A program made the position numbers and the translations under genes. Below, piece after piece: positions 1 to 12,935 of a stretch of 64,000 nt of DNA. This DNA is from Camelus ferus (Eukaryota), in contig NC_045696.1 of NCBI RefSeq assembly GCF_009834535.1, positions 12,526,001 through 12,590,000 of the forward strand, written 5' to 3'. Below the pieces are notes generated by a model. The model ran no database searches. It saw only the letters and a program-made list of their open reading frames with translations, and was not told the origin of the DNA. Each line of letters begins with the position of its first letter. Within the stretch, counting starts at the first letter, position 1.

Positions 1-1619
1 ACTCTCCCACACCTGGTTGCAAGATTTAAAGGAAAACAAATCTCAGTCCAAATTCCATCATGCAGACAGACATTTATTGGCAAATATTTATCAACAAGTG
101 AGTGTGAAACAGTTTACATAACTTGTTCTACACGCTGCATGAAGCCCTTTTAGTGGTCATGGTAGGAAAAGTTCACCTGAAGCAGACTCAGCAAGATTTC
201 AAAGGCAGGATTCCATGCTGAGAAGGCACCATGAGGTCAAAAGTCCTCCTCAACCAAAGTCTGGACTAAGAACCAATTAGGGAATCAAACGATGACTATC
301 ATCCCAAAAAGACTAGTGCAGACCTCCATGCAGTCTTATACCCTGTTCAAAAGAGCGGAAGCCAATCCATATGTTCAAAATATGTTTCATTTCATCCATG
401 AGAGCTAAAGCCTATTTCCAACTTCCATCATGCTGATGAACACACACAAGATTCAGCAATGGAAACCCAAATTTGGAGTCAATGTGCTAATTCATAAAGC
501 ATCCATGGCTAATCAGGAGGATATAGAACAGAAAGGGAAAGGAGTGTAGAAGCTGCTTCTGGGGTAGGTTTGCTCTCACACAACACCACCTGCCACCATG
601 GAGATCCTGCCAACAGTGTAACTGATCACCAGAAAGTTAAAGGCTAACTAACTGGCTCATCCCAAATGTCAAGGATTGTAAGCACTTTACAGCAATTACA
701 GAGATTGTAACACCTGTTAATATAAATTTAAGCCATAGCAACCGAGAATGCACTGCACTGGGGATAGGCTCCCGGGTCTGATTTCAGGGCTGCCACGTTG
801 GATGCACCATCTCTTTGGGCTTCATTTTCCTCCTGTAGAAAATAAAGGGATTGAGAGATCAAATTTCTCAGATTTGTTCTACAGGATCTTAGGGTTTTAT
901 GGAGGAGCTCCAGGAATTCTACAAACTCGTGACTCACATTTTAATGTAGTTTAACCGTTTGTAAGGTTTTTTTTTTTAAGAAAGGAAGCAAAAAAAATGC
1001 TAGGTGCACACAAACATGTACACACCCACCAAAACTGAACAGAGTAGAAACTAGTGCTACCAGAAATAACTTGTTTTTATTCAGATCTTAGAATAAAGTT
1101 TTCTCTAATCAAATCTGTAAATGATATATGAATATATTGTATACATGTGATTGAGGAGATAAGTTGCAACTCAACATTTTTTTTAATTTAAAACTTTGCA
1201 TTTTAATGCATGTAAAAGTACATGAGGAACGACATGACTGCAGGACACTCAGTTAGATGCCAGGAGAGACTTGATGATGGAGGTTCTCACCAAGGTGTAA
1301 CTGGCAGTTATGCAAGAGAACATGAGTGCCTAACACTTTGTCATTTATTGTAAGTTCTAGATAAAGTTTGACTTTTTATTAATTATAGAGTGATTGATTA
1401 AAAGTCTTGCGGTCTTCTTAGATCACTTTTTCTTTTCCCCAGGTAATAAGAATAAATTCCTCCAAAGCCAAAAGTGGATACACATCACCAGTTAAAAAAT
1501 AAATTTTCAAGGAAAATTTGTTGATGGCTATGACGAGTTGATGATGCTCAAGTTAACAGTCCACCTGTCCAATTATCATCAGCTAAGGTCGATTTCCATC
1601 ACAGCAGCATCTCTCAAAT

Positions 1620-1723
1620 TCACACAATGCAACTTGAAGACAGTAAAGTGTGATGGTGCATGGTCCAGGTCTTCAATGGATTTTGCAAAAAAATTTTGAA
1701 TCCTAGCATGCTCCAGTGTAAAT
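1620..1723 (-). pseudogene. Last coding exon relic: PLAC domain
   Basis: Acceptor ttttgtttcag, then IYTGAC*DSKFFCKIH*RPGPCTITLYCLQ(fs)CIV*. Fits C-x-D-x4-C-x8-C-x4-Y-x3-CC-x2-C of the ADAMTSL3 PLAC after one 1-nt frameshift. Confidence 0.7.
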
Positions 1724-1939
1724 CTGAAACAAAATACAGTGAGCATACAACATGAGTCCCAGATTTTTTTAAGAGTAATTGAACAGTCAATTTATAGGAA
1801 AACATATGCAAACAATATTTAAATCTAACAATCAAAGTGCATTAACATTTGTATTCATAAGCTGCTCTACTGCAAATCAGAGAGAAACTATTAGAAAAAT
1901 CTTATTATACCCTAGAATGTAGGCATGGTAATGATGGGG

Positions 1940-2038
1940 ACTTTGCTTAACTAAACTGCTTACCTCCAGCAGCTAGAATAGTGCTTGACACACAGTGGGT
2001 GTTCAATAAACATTGTTGAATGGATAAATGAATGAGTA
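1940..2038 (+). mobile_element. L2 3' end
   Basis: agtgcttgacacacagtgggtgttcaataaacattgttgaatggataaatgaatga. Confidence 0.75.
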
Positions 2039-2299
2039 AGAAGGCTGATACAAATATACTTAGTTTTATTATCAAAGTTCAGAGAAAAATCCAGATATAT
2101 GCACTACACATACTTTAAAAACTGGTTCTAAGTCTGAAATCTTTATACTACAACTAGAGGAAAATATACGTATTTTTCCGCTGCCTCATTTTGTTTATTT
2201 TTGTATGAGATATACAAATGAATACAGTGAAAAAGCTCACTAGTAAAATACTGAACATACACACAATAAGAAAGGAAATATTTAAATGTGTACATCGGG

Positions 2300-2460
2300 G
2301 CTGTGTCAACTACAGCCCAAGGGGCCAAACCCTGCTCTTCCAATTAACTTATGTATCATGTTCTTTTGGACTACATACGATTGTACATGGGACAGAACAG
2401 AATATCTACAACAGAGGTGATATGGCCTTCAAAACTGAAAGTATTTACTATTTGATGTCC
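2300..2460. mobile_element. MER58-like hAT relic
   Basis: aactacagcccaaggggccaaa...tatggccttcaaaactgaaagtatttactat. Confidence 0.55.
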
Positions 2461-2527
2461 CGTTCTATGAGCCGTATATATTTTTGCATATTAACCCCTT
2501 ATTGGTCATATCATTTGCAAGTATTTT

Positions 2528-3081
2528 TGTTGCTGGAGAATAGGTTCTTATCTCGTGCAGGAAAAAATTCAACAGTGAGGCACAATGAAGTAAACATAGA
2601 TTTATTCAGGGAGATACACACTCCATGGACAGAGTGCAGCCCATCTCACTCAGAAGGGAAACAGCTTAGGAGATACACATTCCATATGCAGAATATGGGC
2701 CATCTCAGAAGGTGAGAGGAAGACAGGCCAAAAGGTGTGGGGGTGTTTAGTTTAAAGTAAAAGTAGATACATATTCCATAGACAAAGTGTGGACCGTCTC
2801 AGAAGGCAACAGAGAGCAACCGCGAGGTGCGGGGTTGTTAGTTTCTATGGGCTTGGTAATTTCATATGCTAACACGCAGGATGATTATTCAGACTGTTTG
2901 GGGAAAGGGGCAAGGATTTTCAGGAATGGAGCTCCATCCATTTTTTGGCCTTTTGGGTCAGCCTGGGAACTGTCATGGTAACTGTGGGTGTGACATGAGG
3001 CCCAAGGTCTACCAGAAGTGAATCTTCTACCATCTTTGCACTAACCAGTTTATCCTGTCATCCCTTTTCCCTCCTATCTCA
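2528..3081 (-). mobile_element. Solo ERV1-type LTR inserted in an L1 fragment
   Basis: TG...CA ends, tttt 4-bp TSD, minus-strand AATAAA at ~2601, three internal ~45-bp repeats. L1 sequence resumes on both sides. Confidence 0.7.
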
Positions 3082-3159
3082 TTTTCACCTCATTCAGTAT
3101 GTTGTCTTTTTGTTTTGTCGATGTTTTCCTCTGCTGTGCAAAAACTGGCAAGACTATAG

Positions 3160-3750
3160 GTCGTGGTGAATTCTTCCATCAGGAGGCTCATTGTGTCTGG
3201 TTTTCTCTCTTGTGACAGCAGCTCAGTGCCTAGATCTGCATTCCTTGTGTGTTGCTGATGGGTGATATCACAAATCTCTCAGTTCCTTTTCTTTATCATT
3301 TGAATTTATCCACTGGAATACTCTTTATAAAGAGATGCTTCTCATCTACTATTTGTTATCCCGTATGACACTTCATGTGGGAAAAAACAGGATAAATAAA
3401 TGATTCTTCCCTTTCTTTAAAACCAGTTTTCAAGATAATGAATTGATTCTCTATCTCCTTACAAAAATGACCATTTTTAAATTATTAATTAAATATGAAT
3501 ATGGCAATTAAAATCTTTATTAAAGGTCAAAATTGTCCTAGGCTTTACTAGTGAGGGAGCCTCTTCAGGTTGGTCCCTGGTGGGTTCTGGCCCTGGGAGT
3601 CTCCGATGGCTTCCTTGAATCTGGTACAAGTCAGCTGCTTTTGTGCATATCCTGCCTCAGAACCTAGAATCAGCAATTCTTCCAAGAAACTCTGAGTTCC
3701 TATAGTGGGAAATAGAATTTTCACACCACAATCTAGGTGCTAGGATTAAT
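3160..3750 (-). mobile_element. Old L1 (L1MC/MD/ME-like) 3' fragment
   Basis: gagcctcttcaggttggtcc...agaatcagcaattcttccaagaaactc...caatctaggtgctagg. Confidence 0.55.
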
Positions 3751-4634
3751 GATATTTTTAAAAATTGGAACAAGCTCAACTTGACAACTATAGACTTAGT
3801 GATGTTATTAAGATTTAACAGTGGATAGAGTGTTAACAATGATGTTAGACCACTGAAGTTTGGACCCAACATGCAAAACAAATATATCTTACTCTTTTGA
3901 AACAATCCATGAATATATGACAAGACAATACTGTAGGTGGCTGAGATTTTTTTAATGATTTTGTTGAACATTTCATGATTTCAGAGGATAATATGTGTTT
4001 TCACCAATGAAGTTTTTAATTGGCTGAAAAATCATTCAACTGTCTCTAATCTTCAAATTTTTTTGTACCAGAATCCAGGAAGTTGTTAAACATTATTTAC
4101 AATTTGACTTAGGAACAAATTTCCTGTTATTCTTCTTTCAATCTTCCCAAAGGGTTTAATGAAAAAATGTAGTACAGTATAGTGGTTAAGTATGCAAATT
4201 TAAAAGTCAAAATTACAGTCATTAGTTAAATCCACTTTTAGCTGAAAAACCATGTCACCCATGTTATTCACAATATCAGTTGACCCCTAAGTCTCTTTAC
4301 AAATCTGAAACTCTATGTATGGCTTCATATATATTTTAAATTCATTTCAGCAAACATTTGAGAGACTACTATACTCGGCACTTGCTGATACTAGTGGAAG
4401 AGAAGAAAGGGATGAAGAACAAAGCAAAGTAACTGCCCTCAAGAATTGTAATTATAATGTACATAAATATAATCTAATATTTAAAAGAAAATATAGAGAT
4501 GTATATCATTATTAAAAATCCTATCCTAGACACATACATGCCAGATATATTCTACTATAGGGAAAGTAAAGTAAAAATAGTAGACTATCAAACAGTATTC
4601 ACATTTTGATACTAAATTTGCTTTTTTAATCTTC

Positions 4635-4752
4635 CATTTATTTTTTAATTGAAGTACACTTACAATGTGTCAATCTCTGGTGTACAGCACAAAATCCCAG
4701 TCATGCACATATATGTATATATTTGTTTATATATTTTTTTCCATTAGAGGTT
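4635..4752 (-). mobile_element. Young L1 3' end (camelid-like)
   Basis: ttaattgaagtacacttacaatgtgtcaatctctggtgtacagcac. Flanking aa(a/g)tttgcttttttaa TSD-like repeats. Confidence 0.7.
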
Positions 4753-4989
4753 AAGTTTGCTTTTTTAAATTTAAGTATCATAAATGTAACCAAAGAAGTC
4801 TAAAAGAAGATAAACCAAAGTGTTAATAGTATGTCTGTAGTATCTTAAATATTTTAACATTGCACTAATTGTTTAGTAGATTTTTAAATGTTAATGTTTT
4901 AATTTTAATAAAATATATTTCAATGTGTAAAAATAAATAAGTAAATATTAAAAGTAGATAAAATTTAATTCTAACAAAATGTGTTTAAA

Positions 4990-5500
4990 TGTACAATGTG
5001 TTCCACACAAAAACATGTGCACAAATGTTTATAGAAGTGTAATACATGATGGTCAAAATGTGCAAACAATCCAAATATCCATCAACTAATGAATGGATAA
5101 ACACATTGGGTATTTCCATACCATGGAAAGGTATTCTACAATAAAAAATGATGAAATGCTGCATACGTTACAACATAATGAACTTTGAAAACATTATGCT
5201 AAGTGAAAGAAGGTAGTCACAAATGTCACATTTGGTGGGCTTCTACGCATGTGACAAGGTCCAGAATAGGCAAATTCATAGACGCAGAGAGGAGATTGGT
5301 GATTGTCAGGGAGGGGCTGGAGGGAGAGAGGAATGGGGAGTTACTGCTGTTGGGTACTGGGTTCCCTTGTAGGGTAATGAAAATTTTCTGGAATTAGTGG
5401 TGATGATTGCACAAATTTGTGCAAATACTCAAAACCATTGAAATGTACTAAAAATGAAAAGATGTGCATAATGTGAGTAGTAAATGATTCATTCCACAAA
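4990..5500 (+). mobile_element. L1MB/MC-like 3' end
   Basis: aaacaatccaaatatccatcaactaatgaatggataa...aacattatgctaagtgaaagaag. Confidence 0.85.
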
Positions 5501-5719
5501 TGTGTAGTTTTTATAGAGATGTCTACAAATGAGAAGCTGGGAGGAGTCAGGAAAGTCTTTACAAAGAAGGTGGCATTTGTGATGGGTTTTAGATGTGGAA
5601 GCACACCAGCATCTGTCCCAATTTTAGCAAGCATGACAAATTACTAAAGCTAATGTTATCATAGCAATAAGGACTTGGATAACATGATTTGCAACATTTT
5701 TAACCTAGCAAGGATTTAC

Positions 5720-5900
5720 CTTTAAGCCAGTTCAACTGGACGCTAAAAATTTCTGCCAAATACCAGTTATCAATAAGCCCCCAAGAAAATGAGGAATTTT
5801 GTAGGTTGTACATGTTTTTCTTAAGCCAAATCTCTGATTCTCCTTTAACACTACAACTGCACAGCAGTAGTCTTAAAATGATACCCATGCATGCCACAGC
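5720..5900 (-). pseudogene. Exon relic: final TSR (TSP1) repeat
   Basis: ctttgcag/gtaaat-bounded 181-bp exon. Reads W-VSF*DYCCA(fs)CSVKG...WQKFLASS*TGLK (cf. HWRVSLWTLCTATCG, WRHCLGPSC). Ends in phase 0, matching the PLAC exon. Confidence 0.65.
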
Positions 5901-6450
5901 CTGCAAAGGTTAAATACATTTTTATCTTTAGAAATCACATCACTTTGTATTAGTGGAATGTACAGAAAAACATGCCTTCTTTATCATGCAAAGTACAGAA
6001 AGCCTACATCAGTCCAGCTGGTTTACATAACATTACTTGCCTTGAGCATGGCACTCATGCATTTGCAGTCTCATGCATCTAAGGGTACATGTATATCAAT
6101 CACTTTTTATAAGCTGTCAAAAATAATGTAGACAAGCTCTAATTTTGTCTCTTTTAATCAATGTTTAGCTGAATTAAAAATCAACATGGATTTTTCACTT
6201 CTTTATTCACACTATCAAAAGTGAACTGTTTTTCAAAATATTTTCAGTAAATATGTGCATTTAAAGATTGACTTAACAAACCTAGAGGTAGTGGATAGCA
6301 TAAACAAAGCATTGGATTGTTACTGAAAATACAACTGTTTGGCTATTATGATGTGGTTACAAATGCACTTCCAAAGGTAGATTTTTCAAAGAAAGTATGC
6401 GTTTTTATAAGCATTGGCCTGGTCAACATTTTTTTTGAGTGATTCCATAC

Positions 6451-6633
6451 CTCAAGCACACTGGACATTTATACCAGATACACTTTGTGGTTCATTTTCT
6501 GTTGTTGTTTTTTTTTTTTTCATGCTTTTAACTGTTATTGTACATCTTTGCCTTGAATTTGTGGACTTCTCAAACTCCAGAACTTGCTTTGACCTAATTT
6601 GCAAGAATGGCTTAGGTCTATGTGCCCATCATC
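6451..6633 (-). pseudogene. Exon relic: TSR repeat
   Basis: ttttaacag/gtatgg-bounded 183-bp exon. MMGT*T..SHSCKLGQ...TTKCIWYKCPVCL. Phase-2 end is compatible with the next exon. Confidence 0.55.
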
Positions 6634-6739
6634 CTGTTAAAACAGCATATACATCATCTTTGATGCTCTAAGTACTGTTAGAAAAACAACAATGGAACGT
6701 GTAGGAGATTTTTTAGGATGGCGCTAAGAAGTCATCAAC

Positions 6740-7430
6740 AATATAAGCTCTTCTTCAAATTCTCCAGTCTCCTATCATCATTTCTGGTTAAAGCCTTAAA
6801 TCCTTAGCATGGTCCAAACCAGCCATCTTTTGGCCTCTGCTTATCTTTCTCATCCTCTTGCCGCTTTACTTGACACACTCCAGATAAAATGTAGTTGCAC
6901 TTCTGAAATATTTAATCTTGATTCTTTATGATTTTTAATGTTTTCTTCTCTCTGCTGGGACATCTCCCTCTTTCCAGTTCTCTGAGTATCTCCTACTTCT
7001 TCAAGATTTAACATTGAAAAACTTCATTCATCTCTTTCTTGCTAACTAGCTGATCTGAGTCTGTTATGGAGGCCAACACCATGATCTTCTACCTTATCAT
7101 GCTTGTGCCTAAGATACCGCCTGACACATAGTTAATGCTTACTAATTTTTTTCCTAAATGCGTGAATAATGAACTAACAAACATATATATTGCAGCATAT
7201 GCAGTTTTAGCAGGAACATGAGCTCTGGAGAGTCTATTGGGATTAACTACTTCCTAGCTGTGCTGTTAGAACAGGTTTCTTCATCTCTCTTTGACTCAAT
7301 TTCCTCATTTATAAACTGAAAATAATATAAATTGACTACCTCATAGATTTAAATAAGTTTAAATAAGAAATTGCTTAAAATTATGCTGAGCACATTATAA
7401 ATAATTCAGATAGGCTAGTACTTATTGGTA
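6740..7430 (+). mobile_element. L2 fragment followed by MIR
   Basis: gcctgacacatagttaatgcttactaat (L2); ctcaatttcctcatttataaactgaaaataata (MIR core). Confidence 0.65.
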
Positions 7431-7776
7431 TTATAATGATAATTACTGGTATTACAGGACGTGTGCCAGGAATATAAAGAGTTGGTTTCACCTTCTCCAG
7501 GAATTTAAAATCCTTGTTTAAAGAAAAAAGGGGAAAAAACACAGAAACAAACAAGGAATGACTATAAAATATAACAAATACAAGAAATGAATCAAAAGCT
7601 TAAGTAGGATCCAAAAATTGCAAGCTTACAAAAGCTAAGGTTAAATTATTGCAAAATTAATGAAAACCAATTTTTCCACTCTTCTAGCCACTATTTGAGC
7701 AAAAATATGTTTATTTTATTAGCTGCGTCAGAAATAAACCAATTATTTTTTAATGCACTGAATCTTAAATACTTAC

Positions 7777-7884
7777 CCCAACAAAACCCTGCCCCATGGG
7801 TGAAGAATGAGAGACCATAGCCAAAACTTATCAGAATTTATATTATCTCAAGGTTTTGCTGCATTCTTTGTAAAACCAACCAAA
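7777..7884 (-). pseudogene. Exon relic: TSR-like
   Basis: ttatag/gtaagt-bounded. WFYKECSKTLR*YKF**VL (TGA TAA could derive from CGA CAA = RQ). Confidence 0.5.
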
Positions 7885-8479
7885 CTATAAGCATTCAAGA
7901 GAGTTTTTTTTTAACCTCTGAAGTGTTCACCTCCTAATATTAGGCACATATTTTAATCCATACAACCATTGTTCAAAATATTATTAGAATTTATTTTTTG
8001 GAGTGAACTTCAATATAACTTCATGAAAAGAAAATCTAAAATTTTAATTAAAATTCACTATTTAATAAAATATGATATGATACATCCTATTCTCTTGAAA
8101 AGTTGAAGCTTAAAAAAAAAGTTAAAGTTTGACTAACAGGCACGTACCAAATGTCACAAGGGTTATAAGTACTTTAAAGTAAAGTATACAGATTGACTAG
8201 AAATGAGTACTAACCACTTCCAAATTTCAAACCATCCTCAAAGGATTAAGACTGTACAAATAATGTTCACAAGCCTTTGAACAATTTTGGAGAAGTTGAA
8301 AAAATTTTCAAACAGACATCTGTTACTCAGAGATTAAAAATTCAGATAAGGTTATTTTGAGAAAAATCATGCTCATTGCTTTACAGTCACACTGTTTGTG
8401 TATGTTTCTCTGTGTATATATGTAAAGAGATGTTAGCAAGCATTCGAAAGTACATTGAGCTATTTTTTCAAATTATTTG

Positions 8480-8838
8480 CTGCTGCTTCATTCAGTTCCT
8501 TCCTACTGGCTCTCTCTCTACTGTCCCCTCCTTGGTGGAGGATTATACTACTCATTCCATTGACACCACACTTAGCCATGTGACTTGCAATAACCAATGA
8601 AATGTGAGTGGAAGTGACATGGTCCACTTCTGAACAAACCCTTTAAAAGCCATTGTGTGGTTCTACCATTAGTCAATGCCCTCTGTTCCTTCAGAATGAA
8701 GAAGACATGGGACAAAGCTATAACCAAGCCACACCCAATATGTGACACAAAGGAGAAGCACATATTTGTTATTGTAAGCCTCTGAGGTTTTTAGGGTTGT
8801 TTGTCACTGCATTATGACCTGGTTTAAACTGATTGATA
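8480..8838 (+). mobile_element. MLT1 (MaLR) LTR
   Basis: ccatgtgacttgcaataaccaatgaaatgtgagtggaagtgac...gtaagcctctgaggttt..ttgtttgtcactgc. Confidence 0.75.
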
Positions 8839-9250
8839 AAAACACTACTTTTTTGAGCAGGGAGGAAAAAAGGAAATCAAAGTGAATGGATAATTTGAAA
8901 GTGAAACCAGTTTCATTATAGCTTTAATATTTAAGGTTCATGCCACTCCTCTCTCTCCAAGCCCCAGGGAACAATTCTTATTATTATTATATATACCGAA
9001 CATCTCTATATGATAGAATATACACTAGTACTCTCGTGAATAAGCAAGTAACTAAAAGCAGATGACATGTCATAATCATAATAACCCGATGTTATGGGGA
9101 GTGGAAAGTAAAAACAAACAGCCAGCTATATCAGGATCAGTGATGTAATTGTGCTATGAAGCATCTGCTATCTAAATGGAAGAGTGAGTCAACAGATCTC
9201 AGACAAGTTGAATTCAGGAAAGTATGCATAGTCACAAGGAGTACACTTAC

Positions 9251-9489
9251 TCTAGTGCTGGAATTGTTCTTTTAAAAATCATTACTCAATGCTTAAGGAA
9301 ACTTAGGGAGTCAGTGTCAATGGATATCTACCACAGAGAATCCTGAAGCCCAGTAAGACAAAAACAGATTATGACGGCTGTGGGTGACCCTACCATCACA
9401 TTTAGGAAAAATATGAAATGCACCACATTTGTCCAAAGAAGACTCTGAAGGTAATAAACTGGCCAGAATTTACACCTAAGTGGATCAGC
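9251..9489 (-). pseudogene. Possible exon relic (TSR-like)
   Basis: cag/gtaagt-bounded. PKCDGRVTHSR...VVDIH*H*LPKFP...STR, weak TSR spacing. Confidence 0.3.
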
Positions 9490-10709
9490 CTGCTGAGTTT
9501 TGTGGGGTTTTTTGGTTTTTTGTTTTTTTAGGAGGAGGATGGATATGTGCCAAACAAAAATAAGAAAAGAATACATGTTTAAGTACCATTAACATTTTGA
9601 GGTTTGAACAAAGCAAAAATAAAGTTGCATACACTGAACTTTAGTCCTGTTTCAAGTCTTATCAAATTTCAGAGAAATTTGTTTGCAAAGAAGATATCAT
9701 CAATAAAAGGACGGAGAGCCAAAGATAGACATATTCAGTTTTTGTTAAATGCATTTAAAGGAAAAAGTCTACAAGCACAAACATGCCTGTCCTCTTTTCA
9801 AGTCTGAGATTGCTAACAGTACACAGGAACAGATAGTTCAGATAGGGTTTGTCATGCCTGGTGAGACGGGAAGTATAAACACTCAGTTCATGTGCCAGGG
9901 ATCCTCACTCAGATTAATTTCATAAAATCTTCTCACTAAATCCCTAAAATATTAAACATGTTCTCCATATTACTTAGATTTATTTCGTGGGTTTATACAA
10001 TTTTCTTTCTCCCAAAACATCTAAACAATAAATAAACCAGTCGCTGTTCCTTAAAGTGAAAAAGAGGTAGTGACACCAGCTCCTGGCCACTAAATGTGCC
10101 AGTCTTAGCAAAATATCAAGGAGGAGAAGGTTGTCCCTAGGATGTCTGCATCTTTTTTTCCTTTCCCAGGTGGTGATCTATTCCCCATCCCCTCCTACCA
10201 GGGGACCAGTGTCACCTCCACTGGGTAGCTTTCCCTGACCTACTCCTCCTTGGCCCCTGACTTTGTTCTCACAACTCTGCCTCTGTTGAGATAGCTGTCC
10301 TCATCACATTCAACAGGATTTCCAGTGTTGATTACATCCAGCTTTTTCAAAAGACAAGGTGGGAGGGTCGGGGGGTTTCCCTAAAGAACCTCTGGCCAGA
10401 TACAGGGAGTGCTTAGGGGAAGGTATAAAGTAAGCCTTATTACCCTTGTTTTCTAGATTAAGGCAAAAGAAAGAGAAAGCCCACCTCATCAAGCATCAGT
10501 GTGTCAGGTTTTATGTTGGATGTCTTGATTCCTTTCTCGGATACAGTCCTTACCATAATGCTCAGGGTAGGTGTTATTGACACCACATTACAGGAGAAGA
10601 AGCCCAGTGAGGAATTAAGTGCTTTGCTCATCCTTCAGCTAGGGATGAAGAAAGGCTAAAATCCAAGCCTCCTGACTTCCGTTTTATTGCTCAATCCCAG
10701 GGTCCAAGC

Positions 10710-10760
10710 CAGAGGCGGCACTTCCTGCGGGAACTTCCGCTACACTTCACTTCCTGCCTT
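10710..10760. promoter_or_regulatory. ETS-motif cluster
   Basis: CACTTCCTG, ACTTCCG and CACTTCCTG within ~40 bp, with local CpGs. Confidence 0.45.
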
Positions 10761-10831
10761 CCCCAACCCCTGTGTTTTATCAGTATCCTGCAGCACAGGA
10801 AAGAACACGGTTTTTATAGAAATACATTCAC

Positions 10832-11053
10832 CTTGTGCAAAATTTATTGGGTACTCTGATTCAGAGTTAGTTATATTTAAAAAAAAAAAACTACAGTGTA
10901 ATAACATTACTTTTAATGAGGTGTTACATTTTCTCCATCCTTCTCTTGGTATTTCAGACATTGTTCTCCTCGGTCAGAACACCAGCATTTTACCCCGTGT
11001 TCATGAGTTTGCAGTTTATTTGGTCAGAGTTAATGGTAATTGATGGTATGAAC
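10832..11053 (-). pseudogene. Possible Ig-domain exon relic
   Basis: ttcatag/gtgaat-bounded. GKMLVF*P...GWRKCNTSL...LNIT, Ig-like W and strand spacing only. Confidence 0.3.
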
Positions 11054-11319
11054 CTATGAAACGGCATCTGCCAATGTCATCTTACAGTTAAAATATTGTT
11101 CAAATTATTATTTGGAACATTAAGGGACAGAAGAAAAGAACCCTCAATGTACAAACATCAGCTGGTAGGCTGAGTTCAAGGAACCCTCTCATGTCTCGGA
11201 AATTAACTAAGTTAACTGAGTCTTCCTAGACCAGAAGGAAGCCAGGACTAGCTTAAAATGCTAACTTTTTATAAGCTAAACCTAGCTGGGGAGTATTATT
11301 CAGACTACATAGAAACTCT

Positions 11320-11634
11320 TTTCCTTCCCATTCTGGTTCCTTGTCAACCTGCCAAATTCATCCCTCTTGCAATTAAAACTCCCTATACCCATGAGAAGGC
11401 ATTTTCTAAGTGCCCTGAGACTTCAGATTAAATGTGCAGCTTCTGAAAGGTTTGCTTTCTGTGTTTCCTGATAGGAATTTATATTGGATCAGGGACACCA
11501 TCTGGATGTGACATAAGTGATCAGGGAGGTAGCTCTACCCTCCTTGCTTAGCAATTTTACTGCATGCTATGTTCTTTTTACCATGATGTTCAGCATGTTC
11601 TGGGAGGTTTTGGCAAATAATTATTCCCTTTTCA
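11320..11634 (-). pseudogene. Ig-domain exon relic
   Basis: GG-VE..YVT..GVPDP (cf. GGIVEAALGANVTIRCPVKGVPQP) and GSFNCKRDEFGRL (cf. GEFSCLAQNEAGVL). Confidence 0.5.
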
Positions 11635-12284
11635 CTAGGGTTATGAAATGCAGGTAGACTTTGAGTGGACACAGTGGGGAAAAGTTGTCTAAAAACGCAA
11701 ATTCTTTCAGGTAAGCCTAATTTTCCTCCGACTCCCAGCTGTCATCTCCTAGGAAAACTGTTGGCCCTAAGAGGCACTAAAAATTACTCTTAAGTAATTT
11801 AATGCCAGTCATTTAAAATACATGATTGACTTTAAATAAAAATCAGTGACAAAGTTTCAAAATAAAAATGCTGAGTGTAAACATTGTCCCGGTCCCCATA
11901 CCAGGTGGAGCATGTAAAGGCAGTAAGCAGTGATGTTTTCATAGTTTGGCAAACTTCCTAGCTGGCTTCAAACTGCTTTGGCACTTCTAACTTTACATCC
12001 AGAGCAACTGCCTTATTCCCTTCTTCCTGCTGCTACCATTCGTATGTTCTGGGCTTCCCCTAGGCATCTTTGGCCCTAAGTCAACAGAATTCCATGAAGG
12101 TGAAGGAACAGAAACTGCTCTCCTCTCTCCAAGCTGGTTACTAAATTGCTGTTTATTTTCTTTTCTTTTTTTTTTCTTGTCCCACTTTGACCTTCCCCTC
12201 CCACTGTTGTACTATTGAGCCAAAGCTTTAAAAATTAACAAATAATTTTTAACCGTTCTTTAAACCCATTCTCCTCTGTAAACT

Positions 12285-12935
12285 AAAAAAAATTTGCTCT
12301 ATTGAAGAATAGTTGATTTACAATGTGGTGCTAGTTTCAGGTGTACAGTAAAGTAATTCAGTTATATATATATATATATATTCCTTTTCAGATTCATTTC
12401 CATTATAGGTTATTACAAGATATTGAATGTAGTTCCCTGTGGTATACAGTAGGTCCTTGTTTATTTTATATCTAGTAGTTTGTATCTGCTAATCCCAACT
12501 CCTAATTTATCCCCTTTGGGAAACATATGTTTATTTTCTATCTGTGAGTCCATTTCTGTTTTGTAAATAAGTTCATTTGTGTGTTGCTTTTTTTTTTTAG
12601 ATTCCACATATAAGCAAATCTTGTATTTGTCTTTCTCTGTATGGCTTACTTCACTTAGTATAATAATCTCTAGGTTCATCCATGTTGTGACAAATGACAT
12701 TATTCCATTCTTTTTTATGGCTGAGTAACATTCCATTGTGTATATATACACCACATCTTCTTTATCCATTCATCCGTCGATGGACATTTAGGGTGCCTCC
12801 ATATCTTGCCTATTGTAACAGTGCTGCTTTGAACATTGGTGTGCATGTATCTTTTCAAATTAGAGATTTCATCTTTCATATATGCCCAAGAGTGAGATTG
12901 TTAGATTATATGGTAACTCTATTTTTAGTAAACTA
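12285..12935 (-). mobile_element. L1 3' end
   Basis: ORF2 C-terminal/3'UTR-like ORF 12461..12769; attgaagaatagttgatttacaatg terminus. Confidence 0.9.

Noticed and set aside
1..720. Unique sequence that might be an exon or UTR of a neighbouring gene
   Set aside because: No ORF, splice pattern or homology recognised.
1580..1723. Beta-defensin-like reading of the Cys-rich exon
   Set aside because: Spacing does not fit the six-Cys defensin motif; PLAC fits better and agrees with the upstream exons.
2218..2715. 165-aa plus-strand ORF
   Set aside because: Runs across MER58, L1 and LTR fragments; no coherent protein.
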